Shown here piece by piece: positions 1 to 8,728 of a DNA stretch of 64,000 nt. The stretch covers positions 51,000 to 114,999 of the forward strand of contig SVOS01000002.1 of NCBI GenBank assembly GCA_015066245.1, written 5' to 3'. Made by a program: the position numbers and the translations under genes. The DNA is from Oscillospiraceae bacterium (GTDB lineage Bacteria; Bacillota; Clostridia; Oscillospirales; Acutalibacteraceae). The notes below the pieces were generated by a model that saw nothing but the letters and a program-made list of their open reading frames with translations, had not been told where the DNA came from and did not search any database. Each line of letters begins with the position of its first letter. Position 1 is the stretch's first letter.

Positions 1-209
1 ACGAGGGAAAACTACACGACGCTATGAAAAAAGCGTACTCCGAGGCACTTTCGGGAGATGTTATTTTCATGACAGCAGACGAATTCAAGGGAAGTGTTTA
101 CGAGTTGGAGGGTTGCAGCTTCCAGTTGCTTTCTGACGGTACCTATATGGTAATGGTAGAAGGAGTTACTGAAGGTGCGACAGAGTCCGAGACCACAGCT
201 CCGCAGTAA
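1..209 (+). CDS. 3' end of a hypothetical protein (5'-truncated by the window)
   Basis: Frame is open from the window edge (EGKLHDAMKKAY...ETTAPQ*) and is followed by a terminator-like hairpin. Confidence 0.6.
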   Translation, partial: EGKLHDAMKKAYSEALSGDVIFMTADEFKGSVYELEGCSFQLLSDGTYMVMVEGVTEGATESETTAPQ

Positions 210-225
210 AACTTAATAAAGTATT

Positions 226-260
226 AACCTCCTGCATATTTATAAGTGCAGGAGGTTTTT
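226..260 (+). terminator. Intrinsic terminator-like hairpin that overlaps the SD of the next gene
   Basis: AACCTCCTGCA (226-236) pairs with TGCAGGAGGTT (247-257), then a T-run; GGAGG at 251-255 precedes ATG 263. Confidence 0.7.
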
Positions 261-262
261 GT

Positions 263-1081
263 ATGCTGACAATCTTGAGCGTTGACAGAGCGGATAAAAA
301 TAAATTGTTTCCTATTTTCGGAAGGCTTAGAACAGAGCAGAAAAATCTGGCAGGTGAAGAGGTCAGATTCATAAATTTCACTCGTCGCAGAGGTAAAATC
401 CATTGGAAGAAAATCGAGAGTGTTCTGGGTGATGATAAAACGGTTTTGTGTCGGGAGGGTCTTGAGATTCCCGAAAGTTCTCATATCAGGCGGTTTGATT
501 GCAACGAGCTGAGAATAAGATTATGTCTAAATATGGCATTGGCGGCTATGGAAATGGTCAGAGACAAGGCAGGCAGAATCAAGGTGGGAATCTACGACCC
601 TTGTGGCAAAATCGCCGACAGTACCGAGGCTTTCTTTAAATTTACTGATTCGGTGACAGTGGTCACCAAGGCGGTTGACCTGTATACAGTAGAGGCAGAC
701 AGAATTATGCAGGAGCAAGGAGCCCACCTGAGGGTTACCAAGAGACTTCTGAGCATTGAAAATGTACATCTGGTAATATCTCCTGATATCATTAAGTGCA
801 GGCTGCCCCTTAAAAAGCAGTCGGTGATTCTTACAACCGATAAACCGATGGTTTCTCAGAATTGTACTTTGCTCAGCAAATATTACTTTGTGCTGGAAAA
901 CGGTGTGTCCGACTTACTGCCCGAAGGTATTGATACCGAGTATTTTGCCTCGGCACTATATACCCTTTGCAAGCGGTATTATCTGGGGTCTTTGGTGCCT
1001 ATGGCGGCAAAGGGCACAGGGGCTGAGCATACTCTGGTGTCACTTTCAAAGTATCTTATTAATATTGCCTCAAACACTTGA
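263..1081 (+). CDS. Hypothetical protein, 272 aa (possibly sporulation-related)
   Basis: Long ORF with GGAGG SD 7 nt upstream; no motif recognised. Confidence 0.75.
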   Translation: MLTILSVDRADKNKLFPIFGRLRTEQKNLAGEEVRFINFTRRRGKIHWKKIESVLGDDKTVLCREGLEIPESSHIRRFDCNELRIRLCLNMALAAMEMVRDKAGRIKVGIYDPCGKIADSTEAFFKFTDSVTVVTKAVDLYTVEADRIMQEQGAHLRVTKRLLSIENVHLVISPDIIKCRLPLKKQSVILTTDKPMVSQNCTLLSKYYFVLENGVSDLLPEGIDTEYFASALYTLCKRYYLGSLVPMAAKGTGAEHTLVSLSKYLINIASNT

Positions 1082-1106
1082 CATCTTTGATTTAAAATTC
1101 TATAAT
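1078..1106 (+). promoter_or_regulatory. SigA promoter of greA
   Basis: TTGACA (1078-1083), 17-nt spacer, TATAAT (1101-1106). Confidence 0.85.
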
Positions 1107-1153
1107 AAACTATTAGCAAATCCCCACAAAAAATCCGAAAGGACAGGAATATA

Positions 1154-1627
1154 ATGGCTAAATCAGTTTTGCTTACTGCCGAAGGTCTTAAACAGCTCGA
1201 GGAGGAGCTTGACCTCTTAAAAGGCGAAAAACGTAAAGAAATCGCAGAAAAAATCAAGGTTGCACGTTCTTACGGTGACCTTTCTGAAAACTCAGAATAT
1301 GATGATGCTAAAAACGAGCAGGCAATTCTTGAGGCAAGAATTGCTACAATCGAGGCTACACTTAAGGTAGCAGTTATTATTGACGAAAACGAGATTACCG
1401 ACCAGACCGTCCATGTCGGTTCACTTGTTAAGGTTGAGAACATCAGCATGGGTAGAGTGGCTGAGTACCGTATTATCGGTTCCAACGAGTCTAACCCCAA
1501 GGAAAACAAAATCTCTGACGAGTCTCCCGTTGGCAGAGCATTGCTGGGCAAAAAGGTTGGCGACATGGTAGAGGTAGAGGTTCCTGCTGGTCTCATTACC
1601 TTTAAGATTCTTGACGTAGCTAAATAA
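1154..1627 (+). CDS. greA: Transcription elongation factor GreA
   Basis: [43 protein letters not shown] motifs. Confidence 0.97.
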   Translation: MAKSVLLTAEGLKQLEEELDLLKGEKRKEIAEKIKVARSYGDLSENSEYDDAKNEQAILEARIATIEATLKVAVIIDENEITDQTVHVGSLVKVENISMGRVAEYRIIGSNESNPKENKISDESPVGRALLGKKVGDMVEVEVPAGLITFKILDVAK

Positions 1628-1633
1628 AAACAC

Positions 1634-1660
1634 GGGCGGAGAATATATCCGCCCTTTTTT
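1634..1660 (+). terminator. Intrinsic terminator after greA
   Basis: GGGCGGA/TCCGCCC stem followed by T6. Confidence 0.8.
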
Positions 1661-1731
1661 ACCGCAGTCACAAGCGGTTTAAATGTAAAAACTTCAGTGT
1701 CTTTGACATTGACCCGAGAGGAGATATAAAA

Positions 1732-3648
1732 ATGAGCGAGCAGAACAAAATGAACAGCTCAAGCGAGGTTCAGGTAAGACGCGAAAAGCTTGCTAATATG
1801 CAGGCAAGCGGCCGTGACCCCTTTATGGTAAATACATCAAGCCGTGATACCTTCGCTAAGGATATTACAGATAATTTCGAAGTCCTCGATGGCAAGACCG
1901 TTACAGTTGCAGGTCGTATCAAATCCAAACGCGGCAAAGGTAAAGTTATGTTTATGGACCTTTGGGACGTAAGCGGTAAGATTCAGATTTTTGCAAAGTT
2001 CGACGATTTGGGCGAGGAGGTTTACTCCGACCTCAAGAAGTGGGACGTAGGCGATATTGCTGAGGTTAAAGGTTTTGTTTTCAGAACTCAGATGGGTGAG
2101 CCCAGCATTCACGCAACAGGTATCAAAATGCTTGCTAAGTCTCTTTTACCTCTTCCTGAGAAATTCCACGGTCTTAAGGACCCTGACCTCAGATACCGTC
2201 AGCGTTATATTGATATGATTATGAACCCTGAGGTTATGGAAACCTTCAAAAAGCGTACACGCATTGTGTCTGAAATCAGAAAGTATCTTGACGATGCAGG
2301 ATATTTTGAGGTTGAGACACCTGTGCTTTCTACAATTGCAGGCGGCGCAAATGCACGTCCCTTTATTACACATCACAATACTCTCGACCTTGATATGTAC
2401 TTAAGAATTGCTACCGAACTTTACCTCAAGCGTCTTATCGTTGGCGGTATGGAGAAAGTTTATGAAATCGGCAGACTTTTCAGAAACGAGGGTATGGACG
2501 TTAAGCACAATCCCGAGTTTACTACCATCGAGCTTTATGAGGCTTACACAGACCTCAGAGGCATGATGGACAGAACAGAGCAGATTGTTAACCGCTGCTC
2601 ATTGGCTGCTAACGGTACTGACGAAATTGAGTACCAGGGCGAGAAAATAAGCCTCAAGCTTCCTTTTGCAAGAATGACAATGATGGATGCAGTAAAGCAG
2701 TATTCAGGCGTTGACTTCAGCACATTTATGGGCGACACAGAAAAGGCAAAAGAGGTAGCTAAGGAGCTTAACCTTGAGGTTAAGCCCACAGATACATGGG
2801 GCAATATCCTCAACACTGCTTTTGAAGAGTATGTTGAAGAAAACCTTGTTCAGCCTACATTTATTACAGAGTATCCCATTGAGGTTTCTCCTCTTACAAA
2901 GCGTCTTGAGGGCAATCCTCTCCTTGTTGATCGTTTCGAGCTTTTCGTAACTCGTCGAGAGCTTGCAAACGCATACACAGAGCTTAATGACCCCAATGAC
3001 CAGAGAAGCCGTTTTGAGCACCAGATGATGCTCAGAGAAGCAGGTGACGATGAGGCAAACGAGATTGATGAGGACTTCCTCACAGCTCTCAACTATGGTA
3101 TGGCTCCCACAGGCGGTATGGGTATGGGTATTGACAGACTTGTTATGCTCCTTACTGACTCTGCCTCCATCCGTGACGTTATCATCTTCCCCACAATGAA
3201 GCCCATTGAGGAAGGCAAGCGTGCAAACCGTGCTCCCAAGGCAGAAGCGCCTGAGGAAAAAGCAGAAGTTATCGACTTCTCCAAGGTTGAGATTGAGCCT
3301 CTCTTTGAGGAGTTTGTAGACTTCGAGACTTTCTCTAAGAGTGATTTCAGAGCAGTTAAGGTTATTGCTTGTGAAGCTGTGCCCAAGTCCAAAAAGCTCC
3401 TTAAGTTCACACTTAATGACGGCACAGACAAAGAGAGAGTAATCCTTAGCGGTATCCACGCATACTACGAGCCTGAGGAGCTTGTAGGCAAAACATTAAT
3501 CGCTATCACAAATCTTCCTCCCAGAGCTATGATGGGCACCGAGAGTAACGGTATGCTCCTCTCAGCGGTTCACAACGAGGAAGGCGAGGAAAAGCTTAAT
3601 CTCTTAATGGTTTCAAACAAAATCCCCGCTGGCGCAAAGCTTTATTAA
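1732..3648 (+). CDS. lysS: Lysine--tRNA ligase (class II) with a fused C-terminal tRNA-binding OB-fold domain
   Basis: YRQRYIDMIMN, YFEVETP, YLRIATELYLKRL, FRNEG, HNPEFT, PTGGMGMGIDRL; about 120 extra C-terminal aa resemble the MetRS C-terminal/Trbp111 domain. Confidence 0.97.
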   Translation: MSEQNKMNSSSEVQVRREKLANMQASGRDPFMVNTSSRDTFAKDITDNFEVLDGKTVTVAGRIKSKRGKGKVMFMDLWDVSGKIQIFAKFDDLGEEVYSDLKKWDVGDIAEVKGFVFRTQMGEPSIHATGIKMLAKSLLPLPEKFHGLKDPDLRYRQRYIDMIMNPEVMETFKKRTRIVSEIRKYLDDAGYFEVETPVLSTIAGGANARPFITHHNTLDLDMYLRIATELYLKRLIVGGMEKVYEIGRLFRNEGMDVKHNPEFTTIELYEAYTDLRGMMDRTEQIVNRCSLAANGTDEIEYQGEKISLKLPFARMTMMDAVKQYSGVDFSTFMGDTEKAKEVAKELNLEVKPTDTWGNILNTAFEEYVEENLVQPTFITEYPIEVSPLTKRLEGNPLLVDRFELFVTRRELANAYTELNDPNDQRSRFEHQMMLREAGDDEANEIDEDFLTALNYGMAPTGGMGMGIDRLVMLLTDSASIRDVIIFPTMKPIEEGKRANRAPKAEAPEEKAEVIDFSKVEIEPLFEEFVDFETFSKSDFRAVKVIACEAVPKSKKLLKFTLNDGTDKERVILSGIHAYYEPEELVGKTLIAITNLPPRAMMGTESNGMLLSAVHNEEGEEKLNLLMVSNKIPAGAKLY

Positions 3649-3724
3649 TAAAACCAATCCCCGCCCAAAAGTCGGGGATTTACTTTTTTAGCAAAGATGT
3701 GGTAGAATTAAGCAGGTGATGAAA

Positions 3725-4495
3725 ATGGTAGAAAATTTATTTTTGGAACTTCAGAATATCCCCGAGGTAGAGGCAATTGCTCTTGGCGGCTCAAGGGCAG
3801 GAGTACATTTTGACGAGAAATCCGACTATGATGTGTATCTTTACTGCACAGGCAGTATTTCGGATGATGTGCGTAAAGAGATTCTGGAGAAATATTGCAG
3901 TTATATTGAGCTTTCCAATCATTTTTGGGAGCTTGAGGACAACTGCACTCTGAAAAACGGTATTGATATTGATATCCTTTACAGAAATCTTGACGATTTT
4001 ACAAACGATGTAGCAGGTGTGGTTGAGGGCTTTAACGCTCGTACCGGCTACACTACCTGTATGTGGCACAACCTTCTGACCTGCAAAATAATTTATGATG
4101 AAAATGGAAATCTTCAGGCGATTAAGGACAGATTCAACGTGCCTTATCCAAAAGAACTTAAGAAAAACATCATTGAGAAGAATCTGAGCTTGCTTTCGGG
4201 AATGCTGCCCTCTTATGACGGACAGATTCTGAAGGCGGTTAATCGCGGAGATCTGGTTAGTATAAATCATCGCACCGCTGCATTCTTTGAGTCTTACTTT
4301 GACGTGATTTTCGCTTTGAATGAGAAAACCCACCCCGGAGAAAAGCGGCTTGTAAAACTTTGCAAAGAGCTTTCGTTGCTTCCTTTGAATTTTGAGGAGA
4401 ATATCAGCAAGCTTTTTGCTGATTTGTATTCAGAGCCCTCTGAAATCGCTGAGGATTTAAAGGTTATACTGGAAGAACTTAAAAAAATTATATAA
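3725..4495 (+). CDS. Nucleotidyltransferase-domain protein (DUF4037-like)
   Basis: IALGGSRAG..SDYDVYLY fits the GS...DxD pol-beta NTase motif; start placed at ATG 3725 after AGGTGA (3716/3719 are alternatives). Confidence 0.75.
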   Translation: MVENLFLELQNIPEVEAIALGGSRAGVHFDEKSDYDVYLYCTGSISDDVRKEILEKYCSYIELSNHFWELEDNCTLKNGIDIDILYRNLDDFTNDVAGVVEGFNARTGYTTCMWHNLLTCKIIYDENGNLQAIKDRFNVPYPKELKKNIIEKNLSLLSGMLPSYDGQILKAVNRGDLVSINHRTAAFFESYFDVIFALNEKTHPGEKRLVKLCKELSLLPLNFEENISKLFADLYSEPSEIAEDLKVILEELKKII

Positions 4496-4500
4496 AAACA

Positions 4501-4538
4501 GAAACAGCGAGCTATTGCGGTTAGCTCGCTGTTTCTTT
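4501..4538 (+). terminator. Intrinsic terminator
   Basis: GAAACAGCGAGCTA/TAGCTCGCTGTTTC 14-bp stem followed by TTT. Confidence 0.75.
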
Positions 4539-4710
4539 AGTCAAATGAGGGGTTAGTCACAAAAGTGACTGAGGAGGGGTAGAACATTAAACCCTTTATT
4601 CGGGTTCGATTTTATTATAGCGTGTATAAGTGTGAATAGTGTTAATTGAGTGTAAAGCTTAGATGAATGTTTTTTGTTGATTTTATGAATAAATTTTTAT
4701 AAAAAACTTA

Positions 4711-4749
4711 AAACAAATGTTTGCAATTTGAGCGTATGTATGTTACTAT
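4711..4749 (+). promoter_or_regulatory. lexA promoter with an overlapping putative SOS box
   Basis: TTGCAA (4721-4726), 17 nt, TACTAT (4744-4749); palindrome AAAC-AAAT-GTTT (4711-4722) is one mismatch from Firmicute GAAC-N4-GTTY. Confidence 0.55.
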
Positions 4750-4773
4750 ATTATCAGAAAGTGAGGTTTTGTT

Positions 4774-5364
4774 ATGAAGCCACTTACAAAAAGTCAGCAG
4801 AAAGTTTATGATTATATACGTGAATGTGCTCAGGAGAGCCGTGTACCCTCTGTGCGCGAGGTTTGTGCTGCCACAGGCCTTAAGTCTACATCCACAGTGC
4901 ACCTGCACCTCAAAAGCCTTGAGGAAAAGGGCCTTATCGTAAGAGACAAGGGACTTAATCGTTGTATCCGACTTGCAGGTGCCGAAAAAAGCACACAGGT
5001 GCCTGTTATGGGCAGAGTTACTGCAGGTATGCCTATTCTGGCGGTAGAGGATATTGAGGGATATGTGCCCGTCAGCGAAAGTGTCCGCAGGGGACGCGAG
5101 CTTTTTGCTCTGCGTGTTTGCGGTGAAAGTATGATAAACGCAGGTATTCTGGATGGCGATATTGCAGTTGTCCACAGAACTCCCGTCGCCGAAAACGGCG
5201 ATATCGTGGTTGCTCTTGTAGGCGAAGAAGCTACAGTGAAGCGTTTTTATAAAGAAAACGGCGTTTTCCGTCTTCAGCCCGAAAACGATGCTTTTGAGCC
5301 TATAATCGTAGATGAAGTTGTGCTTTTGGGCAAGCTTATTGCAATTTATCGGAATTTTGAATAA
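4774..5364 (+). CDS. lexA: SOS repressor LexA
   Basis: wHTH (PSVREVC..GLKSTSTVHLHL), cleavage site RVTAGMP, GESMINAGILDGD and ATVKRF catalytic motifs. Confidence 0.96.
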   Translation: MKPLTKSQQKVYDYIRECAQESRVPSVREVCAATGLKSTSTVHLHLKSLEEKGLIVRDKGLNRCIRLAGAEKSTQVPVMGRVTAGMPILAVEDIEGYVPVSESVRRGRELFALRVCGESMINAGILDGDIAVVHRTPVAENGDIVVALVGEEATVKRFYKENGVFRLQPENDAFEPIIVDEVVLLGKLIAIYRNFE

Positions 5365-5461
5365 CTTTTTATAGCCTTTCTGCAAAAAACAGAAAGGCTT
5401 TTCTTGTATATAAATGATTGATATGTTATGATAATAATATATTCATTAAGGAGTGAATAAC

Positions 5462-8275
5462 GTGAAAAAATTACTTTCTTTGATGCTTGCGGTTTTGATT
5501 ATACTCAGCAGCATTATGGTGCTTACTGCAGTTGATATTTTTGCTGCAGGTACAATAAGCTACAGCTTTTCAAACACAAACGCCGGCTATGCTCAGGGTA
5601 CAATTACCCTTAAAGGCGACAACGGCAAATACTGGCTTTACTGGGCTGATAACACAAAGGCTCTGGCTGATTATGGCGAGATTACAAGTCTTACCGTGTC
5701 AGGCGGACAGGGCTCATTCGCTATGCCGAAATATACCGCTATTCCTGCGGATGCTACTAAGCTGGTGGCGTTTTTGGCAAGTGAGGAGCCTGCGATTGCC
5801 AATCGTACAGTAGCAAAGGCGAGTGCGGTTTATTCTATTCCTCAGAGCAAGCTGCTTTCTGCAGATACCAAGGATGCTCTCTATACCTTTGGTGCCATAA
5901 GCGACCCTCAGCTTGATAATCAGTCGACATCCCGATATCCTTATGATGAGGTTCACCTGCAAGCGGCACTGGAGACATTGGCTGAGCGTAAAGTTGACTT
6001 TACTGTTTCTTCAGGCGATACAGTAAACGACCAGGACGGCCCCAAGAGCTATGCATCTGAGTATAAAACTTATCAGCGTCTTATTGCGGATTCTTCTTAT
6101 GATGCCCCTATTTATGAGGCACTTGGTAATCACGATGTTGGCTCGGATTGGTATAATTCCAGCACAAACAACAATGCTCCTTTTATCAAAGCAACAGGTC
6201 TTGACAGCGTTAAGTCTACCATTGATGCCGGCAAACCTTACTTTGAGGTAACAGAGCCAAAGACAGGCGACCACTTTATCTTTATGGCACTTGAGGGTGG
6301 TTTTTATACCAATAAAAACACCCAGTTTTCAAAAGCTCAGCTTGATTGGCTTGAGGGACTTCTTAAAAAATATAATAATGACGGCAAGAATATCTTTATT
6401 ATAGAGCATGCCAATGTTGCAGGTTGGGGCTCCGGAGACAAGCCCGCGGCTCCGTATTACTATGACCTTGGACTTGTCAAAACCAATTCCGACGTGGCAC
6501 ATTTTATCAAGCTGATGGAAACCTACAAGGATTGTGTTATCATTACAGGTCATACACATCTTGAGCTTTCTGCTCAGTATAACTATTCAGATAACAACGG
6601 CACATCTGCGGTTATGATGCATAACTCCGCAATAGGCGGTGTAAGGTACATAAACAGCTCCGGCGATGTTCAGAGAGATCCTGCGATTTTAGGTCTTTCT
6701 GAGGGATATATTGTTGAGGTTTACGAGGATTTTATGCTCTTTAACGGTACAAATATGTACTATAACGAGACCATGCCTCAGTGCTGCTATATTATTCCCA
6801 TGGGAACAAGTGCAAATGATAATCCTGTAGTAACAACCCCCACAGAGCCTAAGCCTATAGTTCCCGAAAACGATAATATTACAATTACACTTAAGGACGA
6901 AACAGGCAGCGGCTGGATGAAGAATAACGCTGCGCAGCGTGAAATTCAGCTTATTGACAATGACACAAACAAAAAGTACATAATGAAATCATCCGACGGC
7001 TACAAAACATGGACTGTTGAAGTTCCCAGAAGTGTTACTGACATTACATTCAAGCGTGTAAGAATGTCTGATAATGTTGACAGAAATATATGGTATGCAG
7101 GTGAGCGCGGCACTTCGGTTCAGTGGTGTGTTCTTGACCAGGTTGAAGAAGTAACAGGTATCGGATACTGGAATAAATCTGCGACTGAGCCACCTAAGCC
7201 TGTAGTAACAGAGCCAAAGGAGACAACTGCTCCAAAACCCGTGGTAACAGAGCCAAAGGAAACAACTGCTTCCAACCCCGTGGTAACAGAGCCCAAGGAA
7301 ACAACTGCTCCCAAGCCCGTGGTAACAGAGCCCAAGGAAACAACTGCTCCAAAGCCTGTAGTAACAGAGCCAAAGGAGACAACCGCTACTGTTGCAGTTC
7401 CTACAGAAACAGTGACAGAAATAACCACAAACCCCGATGAAACAGAAAATACTGCAATTATAACTGAGCCTGCATCTACAACTTCGGATACTACCGAAAG
7501 TACCCCTGCAGCAACAGCTACGGTGCCCGGTTCTACTCCTGCAGAGAGCAAACCTGCGGACATTGAATATCTTTACGGCGATGCAGACCTTAACGGAAAG
7601 GTTAACATTAAGGATGCTACCCAGATTCAGAAATTTGCCGCAAAAATCCTGGATTTGGACGAGGTAGCGATGATTCAGGCTGACGTAACAGGTGATATTA
7701 AAGTCAACATCAAAGATGCCACCCAGATACAGAAGTGGGTAGCAAAGATAATTTCGGTATTTCCTGTGCAAGAATCTTCTCTTGTAAGTGTGGGTGCAAC
7801 CTACACTGCAAAGCAGGATTTAGAGGATTACTACACATACAGCTCCTATAACCAGTATATGGCACTTAAAAAAGCTTACAGAACATCAGCTTCTCAAAGC
7901 ACAATTACTTCTTGTCAGAATGCACTTTACAGTATCGCAGGAGCAAGGCCTGAAGCAGGCGGCGGTGAAATCACCGTGTATTTCTCTGATGCCAAAGGTT
8001 GGGGTAAGGTGTATGCTCACATCTGGGGCTCGGCAGGAGATAAAGCCTCCTGGCCCGGCACCCAAATGACCTATGTAAGAAATAACAGCAGCGGTCAGAG
8101 CATATATAAGATATCTCTTGATTTTGATTCTTATCAGAATATAATTTTCCACGATAACTCCGGCAGTACACAGACTGTTGATATTGCACTCAGCGGTGAG
8201 AATAATATCGGCTACTATGTAAGCGGCGGTTCAGGCAAAGCTCTTACAGTTTCAACCTATGCTTACAGCGAATAA
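5462..8275 (+). CDS. Secreted metallophosphoesterase with Pro/Thr linker, dockerin and C-terminal CBM26-like starch-binding module
   Basis: Signal peptide; SDPQ, GDTVND, GNHD, H, GHTH motifs; duplicated GDADLNGKVNIKDAT dockerin; VYFSDAKGWGKVYAHIW..SWPGTQM..IIFHDN CBM26-like; GTG 5462 lies 8 nt after AAGGAG. Confidence 0.85.
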   Translation: MKKLLSLMLAVLIILSSIMVLTAVDIFAAGTISYSFSNTNAGYAQGTITLKGDNGKYWLYWADNTKALADYGEITSLTVSGGQGSFAMPKYTAIPADATKLVAFLASEEPAIANRTVAKASAVYSIPQSKLLSADTKDALYTFGAISDPQLDNQSTSRYPYDEVHLQAALETLAERKVDFTVSSGDTVNDQDGPKSYASEYKTYQRLIADSSYDAPIYEALGNHDVGSDWYNSSTNNNAPFIKATGLDSVKSTIDAGKPYFEVTEPKTGDHFIFMALEGGFYTNKNTQFSKAQLDWLEGLLKKYNNDGKNIFIIEHANVAGWGSGDKPAAPYYYDLGLVKTNSDVAHFIKLMETYKDCVIITGHTHLELSAQYNYSDNNGTSAVMMHNSAIGGVRYINSSGDVQRDPAILGLSEGYIVEVYEDFMLFNGTNMYYNETMPQCCYIIPMGTSANDNPVVTTPTEPKPIVPENDNITITLKDETGSGWMKNNAAQREIQLIDNDTNKKYIMKSSDGYKTWTVEVPRSVTDITFKRVRMSDNVDRNIWYAGERGTSVQWCVLDQVEEVTGIGYWNKSATEPPKPVVTEPKETTAPKPVVTEPKETTASNPVVTEPKETTAPKPVVTEPKETTAPKPVVTEPKETTATVAVPTETVTEITTNPDETENTAIITEPASTTSDTTESTPAATATVPGSTPAESKPADIEYLYGDADLNGKVNIKDATQIQKFAAKILDLDEVAMIQADVTGDIKVNIKDATQIQKWVAKIISVFPVQESSLVSVGATYTAKQDLEDYYTYSSYNQYMALKKAYRTSASQSTITSCQNALYSIAGARPEAGGGEITVYFSDAKGWGKVYAHIWGSAGDKASWPGTQMTYVRNNSSGQSIYKISLDFDSYQNIIFHDNSGSTQTVDIALSGENNIGYYVSGGSGKALTVSTYAYSE
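7193..7387 (+). repeat. Five tandem 39-bp intragenic repeats encoding (P/S)(K/N)PVVTEPKETTA
   Basis: Read directly; five in-frame units with no spacers. Confidence 0.95.
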
Positions 8276-8286
8276 AGTGTAAAAAT

Positions 8287-8329
8287 GCAGCTTCATGTCC
8301 TTTAAAGGGATGTGAAGCTGCTTTGTTTT
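8287..8329 (+). terminator. Intrinsic terminator
   Basis: GCAGCTTCATGTCCTTT/AAAGGGATGTGAAGCTGC stem with G-U pairs, then a T-rich tail. Confidence 0.75.
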
Positions 8330-8507
8330 GTGCTTGTTGGAATATTTTGAAAAAATCATTTCCTGTTGTTGACAAATAATATAATACAAACTGTAAATTA
8401 AAAGTCGTAAAAATTCTAAAAAGGAATGAACAACGTGAAGGTCAATTTTAATTCAAAAAAGGAAATATTGAGAAAATTTAGTAAAAATCGGTGGTTAGCC
8501 CCCTTGG

Positions 8508-8549
8508 TATTCAACTTTTCCACAGAGTTTTCCACATTAATGTTGATAA
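8508..8549. promoter_or_regulatory. Putative DnaA-box cluster in an AT-rich gene-free gap
   Basis: TTTTCCACA at 8516-8524 and 8528-8536, TGTTGATAA at 8541-8549, weak TATTCAACT at 8508-8516. Confidence 0.5.
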
Positions 8550-8696
8550 AAACGAATAATACAATCTGTATAATTCTAATTACAAAAAATCTTATTTTTC
8601 GTGGTGGAATTTTAAATATGCTTCTGGAGAATATATAGCCCCGAAATCTTAATTTTTGTCCCTCGGGATTTTCAAGAACACAAAAAACCGACATAA

Positions 8697-8728
8697 AAAA
8701 GCTCTCTTTTAAATAAAAGAGAGCTTTT
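8697..8728. terminator. Bidirectional-type terminator at the tetR 3' end
   Basis: AAAAGCTCTCTTTT-AAAT-AAAAGAGAGCTTTT perfect inverted repeat. Confidence 0.8.

Noticed and set aside
1661-1731. T-box upstream of lysS (and of the aro operon)
   Set aside because: The leaders are far too short and lack the T-box motif
2704-3459. Long antisense ORFs in the track (e.g. 2704-3459 -, 4708-5385 -, 6989-7771 -, 21052-21834 -, 36004-36858 +)
   Set aside because: They shadow well-supported genes on the opposite strand and have no SD or recognisable motifs
7193-7387. 39-bp repeats as a possible CRISPR array
   Set aside because: There are no spacers, the units are in frame within a CDS, and no cas genes are present
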